Translations under genes and position numbers: made by a program
Notes under the pieces: model-generated
Seen by the model: the letters and a program-made list of their open reading frames with translations, nothing else
Told to the model about the DNA's origin: nothing
The model's database searches: none
DNA from: Terrimicrobiaceae bacterium
Lineage (GTDB): Bacteria; Verrucomicrobiota; Verrucomicrobiia; Chthoniobacterales; JAATET01
Length of the DNA stretch: 50,760 bases
NCBI GenBank assembly: GCA_041689405.1
Contig: JBDNGG010000027.1
Coordinates: 1-50,760, forward strand
Direction of reading: 5' to 3'
Shown: piece by piece, positions 39,793 to 47,380 of the stretch
Layout: each line of letters opens with the position of its first letter
Position numbering within the stretch: position 1 is the first letter of the stretch

Positions 39793-39831
39793 TCCGTCGC
39801 CCGGCCGGGGCTGGTGTCATTTTCGGTCAAT

Positions 39832-39873
39832 ATTCCGGTGGTTGGCGTTGGCTAATTTCCGCAAGCCCTCCAG
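39832..39873 (-). repeat. Right REP-like repeat, an inverted copy of the left repeat
   Basis: The reverse complement reads CCTGGAGGG-N5-GGAAATTAGCC-N7-ACCACCGGAAT. Confidence 0.55.
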
Positions 39874-39955
39874 GCTCACGGAGTCGCAACCCCACTGGAA
39901 ATAGCGAAACGCCAAGAAATGGGCACTTACACTGAGGAGAAAATAATTAAATCCC

Positions 39956-40014
39956 TGAAGAGCATGAAGATTCAGAAAAATCCTACTCTGCCTTCTGACC
40001 CTTCATGCTCTTCA
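39956..40014 (-). terminator. 14-bp perfect inverted repeat (TGAAGAGCATGAAG / CTTCATGCTCTTCA) with a 31-nt spacer; possible terminator of the PEP-CTERM gene
   Basis: The arms are at 39956-39969 and 40001-40014, 38 nt downstream of the stop at 40052. On the minus strand a T-rich tract (TTAATTATTTT) follows. Confidence 0.25.
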
Positions 40015-40051
40015 TGGTAGAAAGAATGAAAAAACGGAAAAGGGCTAAAGA

Positions 40052-41055
40052 TCAAAGAAAACGGCGCGAGCGTCTTATGAGCAACCATGCTCCCACTGCC
40101 ATCAGAATCATAACCGCTGCGGAGGGTTCAGGAATAATCGTGCTGATACTCGCGACACGAAACCCATCAATATCGCTAGCCCCATCCACAGGCCTCCAAC
40201 CGGCGTGGAAGCGGCGCGAGGAGTTCAAGTAGTAATCGCCAGCGTCATAGGTGCCGCCGCGCTGCACTCGATGCTTCCACGGATCATCATTTGGCGCATC
40301 GAACGCACTCTCATTCCATTCGTACACATTCCCGGTCATCCCCATCGCCCCATACGCACTCAAGCCGCCATTATTCGTCACCGGTGCAGGCTGATTATCC
40401 ATGCCATCGTAAACCGCCGTCCCGCCTTCCATCCCACTTGCCACTGCTACCGGGGTTCTATTGCTCGACGTCGCGTAGTCCCAGTAGTTCGCCGTCACCC
40501 CGTCGTTCTTGTGATACGCCGCCTTGTACCACTCGTTCTCGCTCGGCAGGAAGTAGAACGCATCCTTGTGTCGGTAAAGGTTCTCTCCTCCCGTCTGCAT
40601 GCCTGCGCGCTGCTCCAGTTCGCCAGGTCACTCCGCCCAAAATCATCTTCTTCTGTAATATCGTAGGCTTTTTGGTGCCCGGTGCTTGTGTTCAGCCAGT
40701 TCACAAAACCCGCCGCGTGAATCCATGTTATGTTTGCCGCGGGCCGGTTCCCAGCCCATGCACCTGCCGTCACGTCTCTTGTCATCCCGCTGGCCGTCGC
40801 CCTCTCGATCATATCCTGCGAGATCTCGAAGGTGCCGATCCGGAAGTTGTAAGCCACCCCACCGTAAGGCGAGAAATAGCTCCCTCCACCCGCTCCGGCG
40901 TCGTTGGCATTGCCCGCATTGCCCACCTCGTTGAAATCGATCCTGAAGGTATGGTTGTCGCTTCCGAAGTCGTCGGCACGCGATGTCGTCGTGGCAAGAG
41001 CTCCGAGGATTCCCAGCATCGCGATCGTGCAAGTGAGATAGGTTTTTGTTTCCAC
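40052..41055 (-). pseudogene. Secreted SUMF1/FGE-like domain protein with a PEP-CTERM anchor, frameshifted
   Basis: ORF 40495-41055 (signal peptide, ...AANITWIHAAGFVNWLN...DLANWSSAQA) joins ORF 40052-40600 (MQTGGENLYRHKDAFYFLPSENEWYKAAY...GNVYEWNES...RGGTYD...IPEPSAAVMILMAVGAWLLIRRSRR) only if one base is restored near 40601. Confidence 0.7.
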
Positions 41056-41276
41056 GGGGTTTTATTTTTTCCAGCAACCGTGTGAGATGTCGACCTTATC
41101 AACAAAAATAAGACTGTTTTCGGGCGAGAGCAATCTCCAAAAACTTAGATCGTGCGGAAACTTTTCGTGCCCCACCGGGCTTGATCTGGTCGTCAGCAAG
41201 CGCCGCTTTTTTTAATCCCCCTGTGGGTGCAAACCTGTAACGTCGCCTCCCACCTACTCTCTTTTTTTCCCGGCGC

Positions 41277-41474
41277 CTAACCACCGACTGGCACACCCGC
41301 TACGGCGACAGCCACGTCCTTCTGGAAACCTTCGTCGAACTTGAGCGGTCCACCGGCGCCTGCTACCGCGCCGCCAACTGGATCGAAATCGGAACAACTA
41401 AGGGCTGCGGAAAACTCGAAAAAACTCACCAGACCGTACTCTCCCTCAAAAGCATTCTGGTCTATCCGCTCTAA
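41277..41474 (+). pseudogene. C-terminal remnant (about 65 codons) of a DUF4338-like protein, the family that includes Druantia DruA
   Basis: Reads LTTDWHTRYGDSHVLLETFVELERSTGACYRAANWIEIGTTKGCGKLEKTHQTVLSLKSILVYPL*. It is preceded by an in-frame stop at 41238-41240, and there is no upstream body. Confidence 0.45.
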
Positions 41475-41776
41475 AAAAACTTCTGCGCCATCCTCGCCGG
41501 ATGAACTCACAAGGGGTTCACCAAATATTTACTATGACAAAAAGAAAGCGCGCTGCCGTTTCTCTGGCATCCCATACCCTGCTTGCCGTCGGCTTCCTGC
41601 TGGCGCAACGGGTATATTTCAGCTCATCTTGGGGCCGCTGGCATCCTAGCGGTATGCCCGTTTTTACCTCGCCACTGAATCACATCCTGGCATAACTGCT
41701 CCCGGGCCCCGACGATACCCACCGCCAGAGGATACTCTGACACATTAAACCCCCATATTGCCTGAACCTCATCTCC

Positions 41777-42481
41777 ATGGACGCACTCGCAGAAATTTTT
41801 CTTAAGCAATGGTCGCTCTATCGGAAGATTGTGGATTCAGATTTAATGTCTCATCGAAGCTTTTATGCCCAACTGCGCCGCATGGTGGAACATCGGTCCG
41901 GCGTGTGGTCGTTTCTGGATCTGGGCTGTGGCGATGCGTCCTCCACGCTCCAAGCGCTGCACGGCCTGCCAGTTGGTTTATACACGGGGGTCGATCTCGC
42001 TCCTCAGGCGATAACGCTGGCGGCGGATAATCTCCGTGCCTCCGGCCTCCACGGCGGGGTGGTGGATGCCGATTTCCGCCAATACCTCCGGGACTCGAAC
42101 CGCCTCTGGGATGTCATCTTCATCGGGTTTTCCTTTCACCACCTAATCGGCGGGGAAAAGGCCGAATTCGCAGGACTTCTGCGGCAAACGCTGGCTCCAG
42201 ACGGGGAATGGATCTTCCTTGAACCCCTCATGACCGACGGAGAAACCCGAGCGGGATACTTGCTCCGCTGGAAGGCGGAATTCGACCTCCACTGGACGGC
42301 ATTCTCCGAAGATGAACGCCAGGCGATCTGGGAGCATGTCTCAACCTGCGACCACCCGGAAACCCTCGCGCAGTTTCTGGAAATCGGCCAAAGCGCAGGG
42401 TTCCAACAGCTTGAGTGCCTGGGCAACGACCCGACCGGTCTCTATGCGATGTTCCGTGCGCGAAACCGTCTCAATGCCTGA
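41777..42481 (+). CDS. Class I SAM-dependent methyltransferase
   Basis: Motif I is FLDLGCGDASS, followed by a Rossmann-like pattern. Confidence 0.7.
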   Translation: MDALAEIFLKQWSLYRKIVDSDLMSHRSFYAQLRRMVEHRSGVWSFLDLGCGDASSTLQALHGLPVGLYTGVDLAPQAITLAADNLRASGLHGGVVDADFRQYLRDSNRLWDVIFIGFSFHHLIGGEKAEFAGLLRQTLAPDGEWIFLEPLMTDGETRAGYLLRWKAEFDLHWTAFSEDERQAIWEHVSTCDHPETLAQFLEIGQSAGFQQLECLGNDPTGLYAMFRARNRLNA

Positions 42482-42852
42482 CCTTGGCCTGACCTTGGCC
42501 TGAATCGCCTCACGACTTCACGGCGCCTCCCCAAGCACCTTGGCGAGCGCTAACTACCATACGGAGCTTTGAAATGTAAAATAGCGGGGCCGATCCTTTT
42601 TTCTACTCTTGCTGCGACTTCGTGGGGGGTAGACTACTCTCGGATCGATGGTAGTGCCACCATGGGTGGCACCTGAGCAGTTACGTTCAATTAAGCAAAA
42701 TCACAATTGCCATGCCCTCCTGACAGGCGACTTGGTTCTCCAAGCGGGAAAGGCAGGCGGTTTGCTTAAGAATTCGCAAGATGTTTTTGCCACGACATGT
42801 AACGAATCGGCATTTGACGGCGGCGCAGCGATCGATGAGACTCTCACATCAC

Positions 42853-43491
42853 ATGTCAGCCAGCTTCACTCCGCGCGCGCGCGCGACCACCGCTCAAAAC
42901 CCTATTGAGAAGGCGCGAAGCCTTAGTCGCTTTTTCTGCGAAATGGTGCGCTCGCCACATGGCACTGGGGCCATCTTCCCATCATCCCCGGCACTCGCCA
43001 AGCGCATCGTCGAAATGGCGGGCGTGGCAAAAGCAAACCGGGTTGTCGAAATCGGCCCCGGAACGGGCGCATTCACATCAGAAATTCTGGCGGCGATGCC
43101 AATGACGAGTCGTTTTTTTGCGGTGGAACGAAACACCGCATTCGTGAACCATCTCAGGAATCGTTTTCCGGAGGCTCAGATTCTCGAAGGTTGCGCAACC
43201 AATCTCTTGGAACTGCTCAGATCGAATGGGATTGAGGACGCCGAGAGCATGATCTCAGGGCTTCCCTGGGCAAATTTCAACCCCGCGCTCCAAACCCAAA
43301 TCCTGCTTGCGATCCGGTCGGCAATGTCTCCTGGCGCGGTGTTCACGACGTTCGCATACTTCGGACCGCATTTATTGCCCACCGGCAGAAAGTTTCGCTC
43401 CGTCCTGCACGAGATGTTTTCGGTGGTCGAGACGTCTCCCGTAGAAATACTAAATTTCCCGCCCGCGTTTGTGTATTATTGCAAAGCTTGA
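42853..43491 (+). CDS. Class I SAM-dependent methyltransferase (RrnaAD / phospholipid N-methyltransferase-like)
   Basis: GAIFPSSPALAKRIVEMAGVAKANRVVEIGPGTGAFTSEIL. The start is taken at MSASF (42853). Confidence 0.7.
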   Translation: MSASFTPRARATTAQNPIEKARSLSRFFCEMVRSPHGTGAIFPSSPALAKRIVEMAGVAKANRVVEIGPGTGAFTSEILAAMPMTSRFFAVERNTAFVNHLRNRFPEAQILEGCATNLLELLRSNGIEDAESMISGLPWANFNPALQTQILLAIRSAMSPGAVFTTFAYFGPHLLPTGRKFRSVLHEMFSVVETSPVEILNFPPAFVYYCKA

Positions 43492-43515
43492 GCGGGTGGT
43501 TATAAAGTTGCAATT

Positions 43516-43713
43516 GTGAAAAACTTCGCTGTTCTTCCTGCGGTCTGCATCGTCGCTCTGGGCCTATGAGCACTGAACCTTGCCGGATGCGCCAACAATC
43601 GCGACGCTTACTACAACCCGCCCCCGCTACCGCCTTACGGATCCAATCCCCGGATGGACGCAGGAGCCGTCGGTCCGATGACTCCGCCGCCCTTGGCAGA
43701 TGGCACCTATTGA
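43516..43713 (+). pseudogene. Small Pro-rich lipoprotein-like ORF interrupted by an in-frame TGA inside its signal peptide
   Basis: GTG-KNFAVLPAVCIVALGL-TGA(43567-43569)-ALNLAGCANNRDAYYNPPPLPPYGSNPRMDAGAVGPMTPPPLADGTY-stop. The lipobox LAGC lies after the stop. Confidence 0.3.
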
Positions 43714-43957
43714 TATGACCCCGTGGAAATCCCTGCGCGACCTGATTCAGGAGCGACTGGATGCGGTGGCAGACCGCACCCACTACGAGCGTGATCCCCA
43801 GAGCCATCTCGAGCGGTTAAAATCGATTTCCGTGCAGTTGAATAGCGCCGTGCAGGAACTTCCCGCGGACGCGGATCCTCAATTGCGTCATTATCTTGAC
43901 CGCCAGAGCTATTTGAAGGCGATTGCTTGGCTCGACCAAGAGATAGCCGCACCCTAG
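43700..43957 (+). CDS. Hypothetical small helical protein
   Basis: An 85-aa ORF with ordinary coding composition and no recognisable motif. Confidence 0.35.
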   Translation: MAPIDMTPWKSLRDLIQERLDAVADRTHYERDPQSHLERLKSISVQLNSAVQELPADADPQLRHYLDRQSYLKAIAWLDQEIAAP

Positions 43958-43969
43958 CGAAAGCTCATT

Positions 43970-44470
43970 ATGACTACCGACCCTATTGAGTTGGTGCCGG
44001 GGGTACTGGCACCCGATTTTACTGCCGTTGCTGTGGGCGGAGTGTATGAGTCCCCTGAGTCCATCCACCTGAAATCCCTTCTGGGATGCACTGTCGTTTT
44101 GTATTTCTATCCCAAAGACGACACTCCGGGATGCACGGCCCAAGCTTGTGGGTTGAGGGATCGGTGGGAAAAAATCCAGCGCCCGGACACGCATTTTTTT
44201 GGTGTGAGCGCAGATTCACTGTCCAGCCATCGGGACTTCATCGAGAAATTCAGCCTGCCATTTCCGCTAATCAGCGACGAATCGCATGCCGTAGCTAAGG
44301 CATACGACATATGGGTGGAGAAGAGCATGTATGGAAAAACCTACTTTGGAATCGAAAGAAGTACGTTCGTGATCCGTCCGGATGGACGAATCAAATCGAT
44401 CTTCCGTAAAGTAAACCCCGCAGAACACGCCGACCTTCTGGAAACCCACCTCGCTAATTTTGAAACGTGA
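43970..44470 (+). CDS. bcp: Thiol peroxidase Bcp (peroxiredoxin)
   Basis: VVLYFYPKDDTPGCTAQACGLRD contains the peroxidatic Cys motif PxxxTxxC. Confidence 0.88.
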   Translation: MTTDPIELVPGVLAPDFTAVAVGGVYESPESIHLKSLLGCTVVLYFYPKDDTPGCTAQACGLRDRWEKIQRPDTHFFGVSADSLSSHRDFIEKFSLPFPLISDESHAVAKAYDIWVEKSMYGKTYFGIERSTFVIRPDGRIKSIFRKVNPAEHADLLETHLANFET

Positions 44471-45515
44471 CGATATTTTAAAATTCTACAACCGGGTCAC
44501 TTCGGTTGTGGAAAAGCTTCCGGGCGGGATTCAAAAACCCATCCTTGCCGAATTGGAGCCTATCCGGGAGTTGTTCATCGAGCAACGCCCGCCCCGGATC
44601 GTTCTCGTGGGTTCCGCATCCACCCCGACCGCACCCGCGTTCTTGCACGAACTCAGCGGCCATGCCGTTGAAACGGGCACCGCGACGTCCGGGTGGAGAA
44701 CCTATCGCATCGCCGACCGTGGCGCGGTGGAAGTATTGGATGCCCGACGGGATGTGCCAGACGGCATCCTCGAAGATGCGATTGCGGCACAATCCTGTGA
44801 TGTCGTCCTACTGGTTCGAAATAGCGCCGACGATGAGTCCGCGCTAGAATCCGCCGCCCATCGTATCGCATGGCTGCGAACAACCATGGAATCAGAAGTT
44901 CCCGTGGTCGGTCTGGTGCTGCCAACACTTGAGACCGGGGAGAAAGATAGCCTTGCCGCCCAACTTCGCTCGAAGGCGGGATTCGTCCCGGTCGCGGTAT
45001 TTGAGCTCAGCGCGGACACGCGCCACGTGGTTGCAGAAACCATCTGCTCGTTGCTTCCCCTGCCATCACGCTTGGAATTTGCGCGGTTCACTATGGCACG
45101 GGGCGCTCAAACGGAAATTGCAGAACGCCTGCTCAAATCTTTCGCCGCACTCTGCGGCGTCATCGGCGTGCAACCGATCCCACTGGCTGATCTCCCTGTC
45201 CTGACGGCACTCCAGTCTCTCATGGTAAGCCTGATTGTATATGTGAGCGGACGGCAGGTCAGTCCCAAACTGGTGGCAGAATTCGCCGCAGCCGTGGGCA
45301 TTAACGTCGGCGCTGGGTTTATTTTCCGCGAGGGGGCACGCGCCATTGTGAAATTTATCCCTGTCTGGGGCAATGCCGTCTCGGGAGTCGTGGCGGGCGC
45401 TGGCACGTACGCCATAGGACGCGCTGCCATCGCCTATTTTATCCAAGGCGGCACCGGCTCCAAAGCGCTTCGGGAAATTCGGCTTCGATTCCCGCTCCTG
45501 AATCGGCCGTCGTGA
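44460..45515 (+). CDS. DUF697-domain membrane-associated protein with a GTPase-like N-domain lacking a P-loop
   Basis: The C-terminus reads GVQPIPLADLPVLTALQSLMVSLIVYVSG...VWGNAVSGVVAGAGTYAIGRAAIAYF (DUF697-like). The N-terminus has IVLVGSASTPTAPAFLHEL where G-domain relatives have GxxxxGK[ST]. TTG start. Confidence 0.5.
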   Translation: MKRDDILKFYNRVTSVVEKLPGGIQKPILAELEPIRELFIEQRPPRIVLVGSASTPTAPAFLHELSGHAVETGTATSGWRTYRIADRGAVEVLDARRDVPDGILEDAIAAQSCDVVLLVRNSADDESALESAAHRIAWLRTTMESEVPVVGLVLPTLETGEKDSLAAQLRSKAGFVPVAVFELSADTRHVVAETICSLLPLPSRLEFARFTMARGAQTEIAERLLKSFAALCGVIGVQPIPLADLPVLTALQSLMVSLIVYVSGRQVSPKLVAEFAAAVGINVGAGFIFREGARAIVKFIPVWGNAVSGVVAGAGTYAIGRAAIAYFIQGGTGSKALREIRLRFPLLNRPS

Positions 45516-45527
45516 CGAGCAGCCCGG

Positions 45528-45800
45528 TCAGGCTGCTGTGGCTGGTGCTTTGATCGCCCGGGCGAAGGCACTCTTCCGACGATCTGCAGCATTCTGATGG
45601 ATCACTCCGCGCTTGGCGGCCTTATCCAACTTGGAAGCAATCCTCGAGAGTTCTGCTTTGGCAGCATCGACGTTTCCTTCGGCAATGAGTGCATGGAAGC
45701 GCTTCTGACCCGATTTCAGCGTGGTGATTACAGACTTATTAGCGGCGTTGCGTTTGATGCTCTGACGCGCGCTCTTGATAGCGGACTTTGTGTTGGCCAT
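45528..45800 (-). CDS. rpsT: 30S ribosomal protein S20
   Basis: MANTKSAIKSARQSIKRNAANKS...HQNAADRRKS. Confidence 0.92.
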   Translation of the reverse strand: MANTKSAIKSARQSIKRNAANKSVITTLKSGQKRFHALIAEGNVDAAKAELSRIASKLDKAAKRGVIHQNAADRRKSAFARAIKAPATAA

Positions 45801-45853
45801 GGTTTATTGGTGGTAATTGTAGGTTTGCGGGATGTTCAGGACTGAAAAATTAT

Positions 45854-45928
45854 TGGTACCAGAGGAGGGAATTGAACCCCCGACCAAGGGCTTATGAGTC
45901 CCCTGCTCTACCCCTGAGCTACTCTGGC
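45854..45928 (-). tRNA. tRNA with anticodon CAT (Met, or Ile2 if C34 is lysidinylated), CCA encoded
   Basis: The minus strand folds as GCCAGAG-TA-GCTC-AGGGGTA-GAGC-A-GGGGA-CTCATAA-GCCCT-TGGTC-GGGGG-TTCAATT-CCCTC-CTCTGGT-A-CCA, a cloverleaf drawn by hand. Confidence 0.85.
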
Positions 45929-46029
45929 GCGGGTGGAAATAATAGGTTATCCATCCGCCATGGCAAGTCGAAAGGAGCTGCCGTCAGCGAAAAATCCGCA
46001 CTGCGTGGTATGCAGGAATTCAAAGCACG

Positions 46030-47307
46030 CTAATCCCCATCGAAGAGAGTTTTCCGCATTAATGAGAAGATTTTGGTGTTGTCGAACGAGCCTTTGATTT
46101 CATCCGCGTTTTTGCCTGCGCCCCGCACGACAATGCCGCCACTGGCGTCATAGGAAGTTGCCCATGTGATCACGAAGGGTAATTGCTTGCCGTTGCGATC
46201 CGGCTTTGCAAGGAACGGTTCCCCCTTCGGCCCTCGATCCCACTCCGCGCCAGAGGGGTCCCCTAATAGCCATTTGATTGCGCCAAGTTTACCTGTCACT
46301 CGCGAGCTGATGACGTCCATCCCGCCCGCGGAGCTGTCAGCAGCAGTAATGATCAACGTATCTGGATTCGCTTCGAGAAACTCAAGTGCGACGCCAAAGG
46401 CATCATCGGCTCGTTTCAGCGCCTCGAGCGTCCCGATCGCATTGGTATTGTTCCCAAAATTATCGGTGCCTTCCTCCTCCACGACCAAAAGGAAATCTTT
46501 GCCCCGTCCACTCAAAAGCCGGAGCGCTTCGGCCGTCATTTCCGCGATCGTTGGAAGGCCAGGTTTGAAAGTGGGTTTCCCGGTCGCTTTCAGCGCGTCA
46601 TCGGTCATGTCGTTGAATGTGTCCGCTTCACAAAAGATTCCGAGCACTTTGGGCGTCTCCGATGGCAATGCGCGCAGTTCGTCGAGGGTGAAAACCACTT
46701 CGTATCCCCATTGACGGGCTTCGTTGATCAAGTTGCGACCGTCCTTCCGCTTGCCTGTAGCGCAAAACTTACCCTTCGTGCCCTCAGGTAAAAACCATTC
46801 TTCGCCGCCGCTGAGAATCACATTGGTCCCGGATTCAATAATCTGCCTGACCACATCTGCGGAGTCATCCGCGCGGCTGTCTACGTTCGCAGCAAACGCG
46901 GCCGTTCCTGGTTCAATGATACTGCCCGAATTGACGAGTCCAGTCGGTAACCCTGCTTCAATCGCCTCGTGCAGGATACTCGCCCTTTTCCCCGCTGCTG
47001 AGACGGGACGCCCGCCATCCGGATCACATCCGAACGCATCATAAGAAGCTTTGACGCCATACGCGTGCACCGTCGCCCCACCATTCGACGATGCCGTCAG
47101 CGAGTCGTCCATGTGCCCCCGATAGATGGCAACATTTTCCAGCTTGTCCCAATTGAGATCACTATCCGGCCCGACCCAATAAAATCGAGCTGCCTGCCAA
47201 TGAGAGACACCCGCCCCGTCAGGATGGATGAAAATGACATTCGCGGCTGCGACAGAATGACAGAACAGCGCTACGCCAAGAATAAGTCGAGTAACCATGA
47301 TGGACAT
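46030..47307 (-). CDS. Secreted alkaline phosphatase family protein
   Basis: Signal peptide MSIMVTRLILGVALFCHSVAA, then FIHPDGAG and MDDSLTASSNGGATVHAYGVKA (nucleophile Ser region). The start is at ATG 47307; the ORF opens at 47502 inside the upstream gene. Confidence 0.75.
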   Translation of the reverse strand: MSIMVTRLILGVALFCHSVAAANVIFIHPDGAGVSHWQAARFYWVGPDSDLNWDKLENVAIYRGHMDDSLTASSNGGATVHAYGVKASYDAFGCDPDGGRPVSAAGKRASILHEAIEAGLPTGLVNSGSIIEPGTAAFAANVDSRADDSADVVRQIIESGTNVILSGGEEWFLPEGTKGKFCATGKRKDGRNLINEARQWGYEVVFTLDELRALPSETPKVLGIFCEADTFNDMTDDALKATGKPTFKPGLPTIAEMTAEALRLLSGRGKDFLLVVEEEGTDNFGNNTNAIGTLEALKRADDAFGVALEFLEANPDTLIITAADSSAGGMDVISSRVTGKLGAIKWLLGDPSGAEWDRGPKGEPFLAKPDRNGKQLPFVITWATSYDASGGIVVRGAGKNADEIKGSFDNTKIFSLMRKTLFDGD

Positions 47308-47345
47308 TACGAACAAAATCTTCCCGTGGACAACGACAATCCTTG

Positions 47346-47370
47346 TGACGTTTTCGCTACATGACGTTTT
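47346..47370 (-). promoter_or_regulatory. Direct repeat AAAACGTCA x2 (minus strand, 16-bp period) 39-63 nt upstream of the alkaline phosphatase start
   Basis: The plus strand shows TGACGTTTT at 47346-47354 and 47362-47370. It shares the CGTCA core with the repeat upstream of phoU. Confidence 0.25.
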
Positions 47371-47380
47371 GCGAGGGTGA

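Larger units (their letters stand above)
39203..39873 (+). mobile_element. IS200/IS605-superfamily Y1 (RAYT-like) element, copy 2, complete but decayed and bounded by inverted REP-like repeats
   Basis: A leader homologous to copy 1 is followed by the transposase-like coding region in three frames. An inverted copy of the leader repeat lies 40 nt after the stop. Confidence 0.7.

Noticed and set aside
41238-41474. A Druantia-type defence locus, inferred from the DruA-like fragment
   Set aside because: Only a 65-codon C-terminal stub is present. The neighbours are methyltransferases and pseudogenes with no DruB-E-like large genes.
42476-42504. Tandem duplication GCCTGACCTTG x2.5 at the stop codon of the 41777-42481 methyltransferase
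   Set aside because: It is real but short. The first unit already contains the stop, so it has no evident coding effect and is probably a slippage scar.
42648-42908. An 86-aa ORF, and the hairpin GTGCCACC-ATG-GGTGGCAC (about 42654-42672), upstream of the second methyltransferase
   Set aside because: The ORF has no motif and overlaps the better-supported 42853 start region. The hairpin lacks a T tract and any second copy, so no function can be assigned.
43567-43569. TGA reassignment or selenocysteine at the in-frame stop of the lipoprotein-like ORF
   Set aside because: TGA is used as an ordinary stop by many confident genes in the window. No SECIS-like hairpin is evident immediately downstream, and a signal-peptide position is not a plausible Sec site.
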